From positions 25,007-89,006 of the forward strand of contig CAYPYB010000004.1 in the NCBI GenBank assembly GCA_964415115.1: a DNA stretch of 64,000 nt, given 5' to 3'. The notes under the pieces are model-generated. The model did not search any database and had not been told where the DNA came from. It saw only the letters and a list, made by a program, of their open reading frames with translations. The stretch is from an uncultured Candidatus Pelagibacter sp. (lineage in GTDB: Bacteria > Pseudomonadota > Alphaproteobacteria > Paracaedibacterales > CAIOTO01). Of the stretch, positions 28,304 through 37,853 are shown one piece after another (the stretch's first letter is position 1; each line of letters opens with the position of its first letter). Both the position numbers and the translations under genes were made by a program.

Positions 28304-31150
28304 TCAATTGTGATGTTGCCATTCTTCTTTTCTGGAGAAATAAATATCGTCATCATAGTTTGGTTTACTTAAATAAGGCGTATTGGAGTTTAAGAAAAAT
28401 GATAACAAATTATGGATTGCTTTTTGAATATCTTTTTTTTGTTCAACATTTAAAGAAAGTGATACTATTTTTATAGGTTCTTCGGTTGTCCCTTGTAATT
28501 GCCATAACTGTGCTATTGTTTCAAAATTTAAATCATGGTTAAATCCCAGATTTTTATCATCTAATAATAAACTTTGCAATAAAATTTGAAAAGACTTTCC
28601 ACTGTAAATATCCGTCAGAGTAGGCAGCGAACCTGTTTTATAATCAATCACTCTCATTTGATTCAAATCTGTCATCATTTCTAATCTATCCATACGTGCA
28701 TGGATACATACATCTAAATTATTCACATTCATAAATATCTGCCCTAAGCATTCTACTTTTCGACGTTCAACGGGTTCTTGCATCAATTTTTTATAAAATG
28801 ATTGAGCAATACAATAAAATCTTTCCAACCACATAATTTGGGATAAAGGAACATCTTGAAAAGATACTTTAGAAAATTCTGTATGGGCAATTTTTAATAA
28901 TCTTTCATAAGTTAACATATTAAAGTCGGTAACATTTAAAAACTCTTCAAAAATTTTATGAAAAACTAAACCCTTTTCTACAAACATGAGTCGTTCATCT
29001 ATGTTTTTCAAAGCCTTTAATTTCAATATGTGAGAAACAAAAAAAGAATATGGATCATTAATCAATCGATCAATTTGGCTAGCAGAATAACGTAATGGAC
29101 GCAAAGGCAATAAAGGCCTAGGCTCTGGTGGAGACAAAGGCTGAAGAACTTTATCGTCAGAAAATATAGGAAAATTCCATACTTTGAAAAAGTTGCTTTC
29201 TTCCATACCTAAATCCAGCAACCTTTGCCAATACCTATTGTGAGTTTGACTTTGTCCTAATTCACTTTTTGAGCGCGTTAAAACCACAATTTCTCCATAC
29301 AAATTAGAACACCAATCGTGCGCTGCTAAACCTTGTTGCCTTTTGGGATGAGGGAAACCCAATAATAATTTTGTAGAAAGATTAATGAATGGATCTATGT
29401 CGGGGTCTCTAGGCCAAATACCTTCGTTTTGAGAAGCGCAAATAACGACTTCTGCAATATTCGATCTGGATTCTAAGGTTCCAAGAACGCGAACTCTTGA
29501 ACCATATACTGAAGGATCTTCTATGTTTGGGGCCAAAATCATAAGTTCTTTGATATGCTGAATAAATTCAATATTTCTAATGCCTTTAATCTCTTGTTTT
29601 AATATGTTCAAAAAACCAGTAAGACTTGGACCATCATGATGATGAAAAATTTTGTGATCTGTCGATAAATCTAAAAGATTTTCTAAATCAATTAAAAAAT
29701 TTAAAAAATCTTTACCCCTAAGTGACACATCTATCAAGTCTTTAATCTGTTCTATCATTTTGATCATTTGATCCAAAACAATGACATTCAAAGAATCAAT
29801 TTTTTGTGTATTTTGTTTTAGATCCTGCAATACATCCAGTAGGTTGAACTTTCCAAACTCTACTTTTGTTCTTAATTCTATTTCACAAAGGCGAACAATA
29901 TTTAAAACATCAATCCGATTATCTTTTAAAAACAAAGGATGTTTGAACAGATACAACCAAAATTGTTTATTTTTGGGAGATTCCAATACATTTAAAACTG
30001 CAAGTAGAAATTTCCCCACAGGTGAATAGTGTAAAACCAAGGATGACGAAAAATTGGCTTTTATATTTTTCAAATCAAAATTACATTGTAAAAGAGACAT
30101 TAATTGAATATTCGACGTGACAATTGAAATATCATAGTTTGTTTTTTCAAGAAGATATTCAACCATATGTACAATAGAAATCGCTTCTTCTTGTAAAGAA
30201 TCAAACACGTGCAAAAACAAATTTTTCGATGCTTCTTGCATGTTCAAAGCCATCGCTTCTTCTCTGTAACATTGATAAATTAATTTCCCACGTTCATTCA
30301 TCGAAGACAAAAAGGATGGTTTAAGATTCTGAGGCAAAGAAGGAATATCCAGTGATTGAACAAGCAGACTCATCGTATGCTGAGGATGGGTTAATTGATC
30401 TTTCGCTTGATTTAAGTCTGTATGATCAAAGCCAGGTAAAAAAACAATACCATCATCTTTTTTAAGAATAGATTGTATTAAATAGCGCGTTGATGGAATT
30501 GTTCCCGTTGTGCCAGCAATCATCATTCTTCCTATATTTTTTTTATCAATGAGATCGGCAATACGCTTACATAATAGGGAACGATATGCTGTTTGCGTCA
30601 GAATATTTTTATCCTTTAGTTGTTCCCAACACACACAAAAGGTCAAAAAAATTTCTTTAAAAGATTGATATTCTTTAGAAAGACTATCAGAAAGGAAATA
30701 ATCGTTAACTACATAACTTTTGACTTTTTCAATTGAAATATCTACTATACAACAAGCTTCTTCTAATTGAATAAAATACTGAATCCATTCTACCTTTCGT
30801 TTTACAGAATCTATATTTTTCATGTGAGAGAAAAAATACAAAAATTTATCCAACCCAGTCATGATTTTTTGAGGGATGAATGTTTCGTCATATTGCGCTA
30901 AAAAACATTCCATCGCCTCAATATCTGAAAGAGAGATGAAACGGGGAAAATGAAAATTTTTTCCACATTTCAGAGCTTGTGTTCCTATTCTTTTTTTTAA
31001 ATTCAAAACAGACCTGTTCGTAGGTAAGAAAACAATAGCCCCATTTCCATCGCAGTCGTTACCTAATAATGAATGATCTGGTGCACATATATTTTTAGCC
31101 ACTTCATCGATAAATGATTTACCAAAAAAAACGGATCGTGTGTTTTTCAT
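28304..31150 (-). CDS. addB: Double-strand break repair protein AddB (alphaproteobacterial type)
   Basis: About 948 aa. It has a C-terminal PD-(D/E)xK nuclease motif (RMDRLEMM...MRVIDYKTGS). The start is set at ATG 31150 (MKNTRSVFFG), not the ORF-track 31237, whose 29 extra codons are an implausible F/Y/I-rich extension. Confidence 0.7.
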   Translation of the reverse strand: MKNTRSVFFGKSFIDEVAKNICAPDHSLLGNDCDGNGAIVFLPTNRSVLNLKKRIGTQALKCGKNFHFPRFISLSDIEAMECFLAQYDETFIPQKIMTGLDKFLYFFSHMKNIDSVKRKVEWIQYFIQLEEACCIVDISIEKVKSYVVNDYFLSDSLSKEYQSFKEIFLTFCVCWEQLKDKNILTQTAYRSLLCKRIADLIDKKNIGRMMIAGTTGTIPSTRYLIQSILKKDDGIVFLPGFDHTDLNQAKDQLTHPQHTMSLLVQSLDIPSLPQNLKPSFLSSMNERGKLIYQCYREEAMALNMQEASKNLFLHVFDSLQEEAISIVHMVEYLLEKTNYDISIVTSNIQLMSLLQCNFDLKNIKANFSSSLVLHYSPVGKFLLAVLNVLESPKNKQFWLYLFKHPLFLKDNRIDVLNIVRLCEIELRTKVEFGKFNLLDVLQDLKQNTQKIDSLNVIVLDQMIKMIEQIKDLIDVSLRGKDFLNFLIDLENLLDLSTDHKIFHHHDGPSLTGFLNILKQEIKGIRNIEFIQHIKELMILAPNIEDPSVYGSRVRVLGTLESRSNIAEVVICASQNEGIWPRDPDIDPFINLSTKLLLGFPHPKRQQGLAAHDWCSNLYGEIVVLTRSKSELGQSQTHNRYWQRLLDLGMEESNFFKVWNFPIFSDDKVLQPLSPPEPRPLLPLRPLRYSASQIDRLINDPYSFFVSHILKLKALKNIDERLMFVEKGLVFHKIFEEFLNVTDFNMLTYERLLKIAHTEFSKVSFQDVPLSQIMWLERFYCIAQSFYKKLMQEPVERRKVECLGQIFMNVNNLDVCIHARMDRLEMMTDLNQMRVIDYKTGSLPTLTDIYSGKSFQILLQSLLLDDKNLGFNHDLNFETIAQLWQLQGTTEEPIKIVSLSLNVEQKKDIQKAIHNLLSFFLNSNTPYLSKPNYDDDIYFSRKEEWQHHN

Positions 31151-31368
31151 CAAGATACAAAAAATATAAATATGTACATCATAACCAAGATAGACTAAAA
31201 AATAAAAGATAAAATGAGCATAGAAATGTTTAAACATTGCAGGCTATTTTTATTTCTCACTATACATAAGGTGTTTTTAAATTATTTTTATCTATGCAAA
31301 ATCTGTGCAACACCCACATTATTTTTTTGATTGAATTTTTTTCAAGGTATGGTACATTCAATTAACTT

Positions 31369-31444
31369 GGGGTCGTAGCTCAATTGGTAGAGCGTTACAC
31401 TGGCAGTGTAAAGGTCAGGGGTTCGATTCCCCTCGGCTCCACCA
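31369..31444 (+). tRNA. tRNA-Ala (anticodon GGC)
   Basis: 76 nt. Acceptor GGGGTCG/CGGCTCC with the G3:U70 alanine identity pair, anticodon loop CT-GGC-AG, T-loop GGTTCGATTCC, and an encoded CCA. Confidence 0.9.
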
Positions 31445-31452
31445 TTCCACAT

Positions 31453-33192
31453 ATGATACGCATGACAAAAAAAAATATATTGAAAAGTCTGATCCATAAA
31501 TCTTGGATTAGCCTGATTTTCGCCCTGATCGGTTCATTGGGTGCAGCGGCGGTTCTTTTATATACAGGAACACTGCTCAAAACATTACAAAGCAATTTTC
31601 ATAAATTTGAATTCAGTACCCAACTTATACCCCTTCTACAACCTCTTATCATTTTCGGTTGCTTGATTGCTGTATGCAGTTTTTTAAGATCCTATTTTTA
31701 TGCTCGCTTTTGGGAAAATATGGAAGAAAAACTAAGACGATATATTTTTGAATCCATACTTAATTCCTCTGTTTCCTATTTTGAAAATCAAAACCATGAC
31801 CAATGTTTGCACTATTTCGATCATCATTTAAAAACAATTAATCATACGGTTCGAATCACATTTTCAGTTCTTTTGAGAAATATTGTTATCTTATTAGGTA
31901 GTTTAACATTGATGTTTCAACAATCCGCTTATCTGTCTTGTATTACATTAGGGATGATTTCTATTTTAATGATCTTGATTTATCCTTTAATTAGATTCAT
32001 TAAAAAAAAGGTTAAAACAAAGAATCAACATGATTTAAAAATCATTGATTTTATTAAAGAACGCATTGAAAATATCAAAATTATTTTGGCGTTCAATAAA
32101 TCTGCCTTTGAGAAAAATCAATTTGAAATCTTATCGACCGACCAAAAAAACATCCATCGTCGTTACTATTTTGTACGCTCTCTTGCTACAAGTTTAATTA
32201 TTTTTCTATGTATTGTGATATTATGTTCTGTTGTTGTGCTTGGATTCATTTTAGCGAATCAATCTTTTCTGACATACGAACAACTTTTAAGTTTTACAAT
32301 ATACGCATTTCTTGCAGGAATTACCGCAGGCCCCATGGGAGAATACATTTTAGATATTCAAAAAGCATTAATCAGTTTTAATGACATATACCAATTCATC
32401 GCTTCTGAAAAATCTATTATTATTCCAAAAGATAGAAAGAGATATCAAACTCAAAATAAAGGAACTCTGCTTGTTCATAATGTGAGCTACAAGCATCAAA
32501 ATGCAAAATTTAATGTTTCAGATATTTCTTTTATTCTTCAGCCGGGCGAAAAAATAGCTATCGTCGGGCCATCGGGTGCAGGTAAAACAACTTTATTTTC
32601 TCTCCTTATGAGATTTTACGAACCCCATAGAGGAGATATTTACCTCAATGGAATATCTTACCAAGATATGACTATAAAAAATGTACGAGATAAATTTGGA
32701 TGGGTTCCTCAAGATACACTTCTATTTTCAGGAACATTGCTGGATAATATTACTTATGGATCTGATTCTTTTTCAATTCAACATCTTAAAAAAATCATCC
32801 ATCTTTCACAACTGGAAGAAGTAATCGATGCTTTACCACAAGGAATTTACACCCCCATTGGAATGAATGGTTGCAGATTATCGCAAGGTCAGAAACAACG
32901 CCTTGCTATTGCGCGTGCGATGTTAAAAAATCCTGATATCTATTTATTGGATGAAGCGACGAGTAATCTGGATACCATCAATCAAATGGCCGTAGAAAAA
33001 GGTATCAAAAATCTGATGAATACACGTTCGTGTATTGTCATCGCTCACAGACTATCAACTGTTGTAACGTGTGAACGTATCGTTGTCATGGACAAAGGAA
33101 ATATTATCGATATAGGCAGCCATGCAGAGTTGACCATGAATTCTGCACTTTATAGAAAATTAATTTCTTCTCAATTTTCTGATGTTTCATAA
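31453..33192 (+). CDS. ABC exporter, fused permease/ATPase (MsbA-like half transporter)
   Basis: Six-TM N-terminal half, then Walker A GPSGAGKTT, signature LSQGQKQRL and Walker B IYLLDEATS. The start is moved to ATG 31453 because the ORF-track start (31384) lies inside tRNA-Ala. Confidence 0.85.
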   Translation: MIRMTKKNILKSLIHKSWISLIFALIGSLGAAAVLLYTGTLLKTLQSNFHKFEFSTQLIPLLQPLIIFGCLIAVCSFLRSYFYARFWENMEEKLRRYIFESILNSSVSYFENQNHDQCLHYFDHHLKTINHTVRITFSVLLRNIVILLGSLTLMFQQSAYLSCITLGMISILMILIYPLIRFIKKKVKTKNQHDLKIIDFIKERIENIKIILAFNKSAFEKNQFEILSTDQKNIHRRYYFVRSLATSLIIFLCIVILCSVVVLGFILANQSFLTYEQLLSFTIYAFLAGITAGPMGEYILDIQKALISFNDIYQFIASEKSIIIPKDRKRYQTQNKGTLLVHNVSYKHQNAKFNVSDISFILQPGEKIAIVGPSGAGKTTLFSLLMRFYEPHRGDIYLNGISYQDMTIKNVRDKFGWVPQDTLLFSGTLLDNITYGSDSFSIQHLKKIIHLSQLEEVIDALPQGIYTPIGMNGCRLSQGQKQRLAIARAMLKNPDIYLLDEATSNLDTINQMAVEKGIKNLMNTRSCIVIAHRLSTVVTCERIVVMDKGNIIDIGSHAELTMNSALYRKLISSQFSDVS

Positions 33193-33202
33193 CTCTATTT
33201 AT

Positions 33203-33574
33203 TTACACAAAAATCTTCTTCAAGCATGTATCGATTTTTTTAACCGTTAATGGATATACCAATAAAACTTTTGCACCATCTTTCAATGCTGGTTCTGCAT
33301 TGGGGTCTTTTTTATCGTCGATACAAAAAATGACTGGTGGTAATTTTTGAAATTGCCCAATGGTATCATGATATAATTTCAAGAACGATAAACCATCTTG
33401 GCTTTGTAATTTTGAATAAACAACCATAGCGTCAGGTCGTCTTGACATGCAATATTCAAAAGCTTGTTCACCATTTAAAGCCTCGTCAGCAATGCAGCCT
33501 AATCCTTCAAGGAAAGCTTTTATTTTTTTTCTTTCTTCCCTAATATCATGTATGATAAGTATTTTTTTCTTCAT
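33203..33574 (-). CDS. CheY-like single-domain receiver lacking the phospho-acceptor Asp (pseudo-receiver)
   Basis: 123 aa. A gap-free alignment with E. coli CheY gives D12->H, D57->Y (AMVVYSKLQSQDG vs FVISDWNMPNMDG), T87->I and K109->Y (VLLVYPLT vs YVVKPFT). Only D13 is retained. Confidence 0.75.
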   Translation of the reverse strand: MKKKILIIHDIREERKKIKAFLEGLGCIADEALNGEQAFEYCMSRRPDAMVVYSKLQSQDGLSFLKLYHDTIGQFQKLPPVIFCIDDKKDPNAEPALKDGAKVLLVYPLTVKKIDTCLKKIFV

Positions 33575-33600
33575 AGCAATTCTTTCACTATTGTTATTAT

Positions 33601-34080
33601 TTAAGACCCAGTTTTAAATAGAGCTTCTGCAAAAATTTTATTTTCATCTAATATGATCATTAGCTCTTCTTCATATCGATAAATCCCAAAAGTAAATTGT
33701 TTCCATCGTTCATCTAAATTAGATGGTTTCTTTTCAATAGAATAAGAATCGATCACAATCACCTCACCCACTGAATCCACAATAAAGCTATATAATTCGT
33801 TGTTCACATCCAAAATAACGGACATGACAGCTTTATCTTCATCTGAGGAATCAACAGCAGAATCAAGATCTAAAATAATACCTAAATCAATAGCTGTAAC
33901 AATTCTTCCTCTTAGATTTAATAATCCTCTAATCGTCACAGGACACAACGGAATTTTCGACATTTTAGGGGTGTAGATAACATCTTGAACATGCTGCACC
34001 GATAGACCAAACAATACGTTTTGAATCCTAATCGATACGAACTGATCTTTTGTGTTGGGATTATGATTCATTAGCGGCAT
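33601..34080 (-). CDS. cheW: Chemotaxis coupling protein CheW
   Basis: 159 aa. FVSIRIQNVLFGLSVQHVQDVI...IPLCPVTIRGLLNLRGRIVTAIDLG is the canonical CheW core. It overlaps the cheA stop by 20 nt. Confidence 0.85.
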   Translation of the reverse strand: MPLMNHNPNTKDQFVSIRIQNVLFGLSVQHVQDVIYTPKMSKIPLCPVTIRGLLNLRGRIVTAIDLGIILDLDSAVDSSDEDKAVMSVILDVNNELYSFIVDSVGEVIVIDSYSIEKKPSNLDERWKQFTFGIYRYEEELMIILDENKIFAEALFKTGS

Positions 34081-36661
34081 ACACTTGATACTCTTGATTC
34101 AAAATATTTCTTCTCGATTCATGGATTTTTTCAATAAGTTGCTTTTGTTGTGTTTTTGCAAAATGCAGATCAAATCCACACTTCATGAAATAAGTAATAT
34201 CTTCTTTTGTTGAACGAGAAGTTAATGCGATTAATAATGTTTCCTTAAATGCTGATAATTTTCTCAATTCAACGGCCAACTCAAAACCAGACATTTCGGG
34301 CATTTCAATATCGCTAACTACAATATCAAAATCTCTTTGCTCTCTGCATATTTTTAAAGCTTGTAATGCACTATTTGCTGTTACAACGTCAAATCCAGAC
34401 ATCGATAAAAGAGGTATAAATAGGCTTCTGAAAAACTGACTATCATCAACAAATAAAAGTCTAATTTTCCGAACACCTTCCATAGCTTCAACAGATCGGT
34501 GATCAAACCAACCTGGAAAATATTTTTCCAAATAATACTCACAATCAACAATGCTTGTGGTCTCTCCATTAATTAATGTTGTCCCTAAACTTCCTTCTTT
34601 TTTATGGGCAATTTCTATATCAAGATCGTATTCAATAATATTGACAATCTCTTCTATAACAAGACCCATAGCGTATCCACAATCAGAGAAAATAAGCATG
34701 GGCATGCTCACAGATTTATTACGTTTAATCTGTTCAGCACTCCACGATCCTGAAAATCGTGTCACAGGCAAAAGATGTTCTTGATACCTTATCAGCCATG
34801 TATCATTCACATTTTCTAGTTGATCCACACATACTTCAGCAATTCTTGAAACCAATGCTAAAGGAACAGCAAAATTTTGATTTTGATCTTTAAACAATAA
34901 CAATAGTGTTTTGTCGTGAACCCCTTTAGTTTGCGGAACTAAAGATTGAACATTTTCTGAACCATTAATATCTTTTAGCTGATTAGAAATTGCATTTTGA
35001 TCCAAAATCAAAACAATTCCACCATCACCTAAAATGGTGGTGCCAGAGAAAAATTTAACGGTATTAAGAGCTTTGGCCAAGGGTTTTACAACAATTTCTT
35101 GGGTGTCATAGACACGGTCCACAACAATTCCAAATCCTGTGTTTCCTATGTGAATTACAATGATGCATAATTCTCTTTGATCCAGCGGTTTATCGTCCTT
35201 TTTTATATTCAAAAGATCTTCTAAAAATATCAAAGGCAACAAGCCTTTTCGTAGTTTTAAGATCGGTGTTTTATTAATAAATTCAATTTTGTACGCCGAT
35301 CTTTTGCTAACTCTGACAAGCTCTGTAACACTGAGTTGAGGAAGAGCAAAACGTTCACCTTGACTTTCAAAAATCAGGGCCGAAATAATAGTTAGTGTCA
35401 GCGGTATTTTGATGGTAAAGGTTGTACCCTGACCCACAACCGATTGCAAATCAATAGTACCGTTTAATTTTTCAATGTTAGATTTAACAACATCCATTCC
35501 AACACCGCGACCAAACACACTGGTTACCGAAGAAGCCGTTGAAAAACCTGGTTTAAAAATGTAATTGATGATTTGCCAATCGGTTAATTTTGCTGCTTCA
35601 TCCGATGTAATTAAACCTTTTTCCACTAAATTGATTTTTAATGTTTCAGGGTCAATACCAGCACCATCGTCTTTGATTTCAATAACAATCTGACCACCTT
35701 CATGATAAGCATTTAACGTAATAGTCCCTACGGGATTCTTACCTACATTTTTACGAACATCGGGTGTTTCCAAACCATGATCGGCAGAATTTCGAATCAT
35801 GTGTGTTAAGGGATCTTTAATCAATTCTAGGACTTGACGATCTAATTCGGTATCACCACCCCTTTGAACAAGCTCAATTTTTTTACCCAAATCTTTCGAT
35901 AAATCATGAATAAGTCGCGGAACTTTTGCCCATGCATTTTCAATAGTCTGCATGCGTGTTTTCATAACTTCTTCTTGAAGTTCCGATGTTATATAACTTA
36001 GTCTTGATAACGGAATATTAAAAACAGGGTCTATGGAAGATTGCGAATATTGTAATAGCTGATTTCGTGTTAAAACTAATTCACTAATCAGGTTAATAAG
36101 ATTATCTAAAATATCGATGTGCACACGAATATATTGTGGAGGGACATTAACATTTTGAACATTTTGTTTTTGAAATTCTTGTTCTTTTCCGGTGAAATCT
36201 GTTTTTTTTAAAGACGTTATAACGTCAATAAAATCGTTAGTCACTTCTTCATTCATCAAAGTATTTTCACTAACGATGTTATCTTGTTTCAAACAATCAT
36301 TCAGTGCATTGATAATAATTTGATCTTCGTCGGGAAATTTATCTTCTTGGCCTTGTTCAATGCAAGACACAATGGCACGTAAACAGTCTAACGCAACCAA
36401 CAAGGTTCCCATAATAACCGCGTTAACTTTTAATTCACCATCACGCATTTTACTTAAAACATTTTCAGCCGCATGGCTTACGGCTTCTAAACGCCCAAGG
36501 TCTAAAAAACCACATGTTCCTTTAATGGTATGGATAATTCTAAATATGGTTCGAATAATTTCTGCATCATCGGGTGTGCTTTCTAAAGCAAGCATCAGCT
36601 TTTCTAAATGAGCTAGGCCTTCATTTGTTTCAGCTAAAAATTCAATGAGTAGATCGTCCAT
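34061..36661 (-). CDS. cheA: Hybrid chemotaxis histidine kinase CheA with two CheW-like domains and a C-terminal receiver
   Basis: 866 aa. Hpt with phospho-His (IFRIIHTIKGTCGFL), HATPase (HMIRNSADHG, DDGAGID, GRGVGMDVV) and two CheW-like segments. The REC domain has intact DD, D (IVVSDIEMP), T/S and K. Confidence 0.85.
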   Translation of the reverse strand: MDDLLIEFLAETNEGLAHLEKLMLALESTPDDAEIIRTIFRIIHTIKGTCGFLDLGRLEAVSHAAENVLSKMRDGELKVNAVIMGTLLVALDCLRAIVSCIEQGQEDKFPDEDQIIINALNDCLKQDNIVSENTLMNEEVTNDFIDVITSLKKTDFTGKEQEFQKQNVQNVNVPPQYIRVHIDILDNLINLISELVLTRNQLLQYSQSSIDPVFNIPLSRLSYITSELQEEVMKTRMQTIENAWAKVPRLIHDLSKDLGKKIELVQRGGDTELDRQVLELIKDPLTHMIRNSADHGLETPDVRKNVGKNPVGTITLNAYHEGGQIVIEIKDDGAGIDPETLKINLVEKGLITSDEAAKLTDWQIINYIFKPGFSTASSVTSVFGRGVGMDVVKSNIEKLNGTIDLQSVVGQGTTFTIKIPLTLTIISALIFESQGERFALPQLSVTELVRVSKRSAYKIEFINKTPILKLRKGLLPLIFLEDLLNIKKDDKPLDQRELCIIVIHIGNTGFGIVVDRVYDTQEIVVKPLAKALNTVKFFSGTTILGDGGIVLILDQNAISNQLKDINGSENVQSLVPQTKGVHDKTLLLLFKDQNQNFAVPLALVSRIAEVCVDQLENVNDTWLIRYQEHLLPVTRFSGSWSAEQIKRNKSVSMPMLIFSDCGYAMGLVIEEIVNIIEYDLDIEIAHKKEGSLGTTLINGETTSIVDCEYYLEKYFPGWFDHRSVEAMEGVRKIRLLFVDDSQFFRSLFIPLLSMSGFDVVTANSALQALKICREQRDFDIVVSDIEMPEMSGFELAVELRKLSAFKETLLIALTSRSTKEDITYFMKCGFDLHFAKTQQKQLIEKIHESRRNILNQEYQVYAANES

Positions 36662-36908
36662 TAAGGATTCAATATATGTTTATTCATGAATTTGAAATTA
36701 GATCAAAACTATTAAGAACAAGTAAACTATGACACTCTTTTTAAATTATAATTTATTTAAAAACGTGCGTAAAAAAGCGATGTGTTTCAATTGACACATT
36801 TCAAAAAGAAAAAAATGTTTAAACCATTTTATCTAAGAGTTTCATAAAATTTATTGATAAGCTTTTATCTGTAAACATTATTTTAAACATAAATTTAAGG
36901 ATGAAATT

Positions 36909-37790
36909 ATGAAAAAAATATCTGCTGCACTTCTTCTAAGTGCTATGGTAACTTCAGCTTACGCTACAACATCTACAGCAACAGGTTTTTACATTGGTGC
37001 AAATTTGGGTGGTTCAAACACCAATGCAAAACATACATTAAGCAACAACAACGACGTTGCATCTTTGAAAACAACTAATGGAGGAACAACCTACAATGCA
37101 GCCGGTGCAGCAGTTGTAAGGCCATTAAATCAAACTAATGATATGGGTAAAATGGGTGCTGTATTTGGTGCATTCGCAGGTTACGGTTATCAAATGGGCC
37201 AAGGTTATGTTGGTGCAGAATTGTTTTTCAACGGTGAAACTGCAGATGTTAAATCAGATAAATCTGAAGCAACAGTAGTTAATCGTAGAGTAGCACCAAC
37301 AGATATAGCTAACACAAATGTAAGCGTTACACAAATCAGAAAATTAAGTGTTAAGAAGAAAATGGGTTACGGTTTTGCAATACGCGCAGGTATGTTTGTA
37401 ACACCATCCACATTAGCATATGTAAAATTAGGCCTTGAAGGTGGGAAATACAGTGCAAAATCCGATATGACAGGTTCATCAGTTCCGGGAACACCAGCTG
37501 CAGGACGTGACGCACAAGGTGCAGATCTTACTCAAGCAGCACTTAATGCTACAGAGTTTGTAAAAGAAAAAAAGAAAAATGCCATGGCATTTGCACCAGG
37601 TGTTGGTTTAGAAGCATTTATCAACAAAAACATGTTTGTTCGTGCAGAATTCACCCATGTATTTGGTCCAAAAATTAAATTTGACCAAAATAAAGATGGT
37701 TTGGATATGAACGATAACTCCACACAATATCGTCATGAAATTAAAGTTTCTCAAAACCGTTTCACACTTGGTTTAGGTTACAAATTCTAA
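36909..37790 (+). CDS. Outer-membrane beta-barrel protein (OMP_b-brl / porin-like)
   Basis: 293 aa. Signal peptide ending AYA, alternating-hydrophobicity strands, Gly/aromatic-rich, and a C-terminal GLGYKF with terminal Phe. Confidence 0.75.
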   Translation: MKKISAALLLSAMVTSAYATTSTATGFYIGANLGGSNTNAKHTLSNNNDVASLKTTNGGTTYNAAGAAVVRPLNQTNDMGKMGAVFGAFAGYGYQMGQGYVGAELFFNGETADVKSDKSEATVVNRRVAPTDIANTNVSVTQIRKLSVKKKMGYGFAIRAGMFVTPSTLAYVKLGLEGGKYSAKSDMTGSSVPGTPAAGRDAQGADLTQAALNATEFVKEKKKNAMAFAPGVGLEAFINKNMFVRAEFTHVFGPKIKFDQNKDGLDMNDNSTQYRHEIKVSQNRFTLGLGYKF

Positions 37791-37813
37791 TTTAATCTAT
37801 AAATTAAATGACT

Positions 37814-37848
37814 TTAAAAAAACCCAGTCGCAAGGCTGGGTTTTTTGT
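37814..37848. terminator. Bidirectional rho-independent terminator
   Basis: AACCCAG (37821-37827) pairs with CTGGGTT (37836-37842). The stem is flanked by an A-run upstream and a T-run downstream. It sits between convergent genes ending at 37790 and 37854. Confidence 0.75.
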
Positions 37849-37853
37849 TTCAC

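Noticed and set aside
28261-28476. 71-aa plus-strand ORF spanning the ligA start and addB end
   Set aside because: It overlaps the termini of two strong minus-strand genes, and its sequence is hydrophobic and low in complexity.
31384-31452. N-terminal extension of the ABC exporter ORF (MVERYTGSVKVRGSIPLGS...)
   Set aside because: These codons are the body of tRNA-Ala(GGC). The real start is ATG 31453 or 31462. The antisense ORF 31395..31595 is rejected for the same reason.
36786-36810. TTGACA box and ATGTGT-N8-ACACAT inverted repeat upstream of the porin gene, as a promoter/operator
   Set aside because: There is a perfect -35 hexamer, but no acceptable -10 at 16-19 nt spacing. The 6-bp arms are too short to distinguish from chance in AT-rich DNA.
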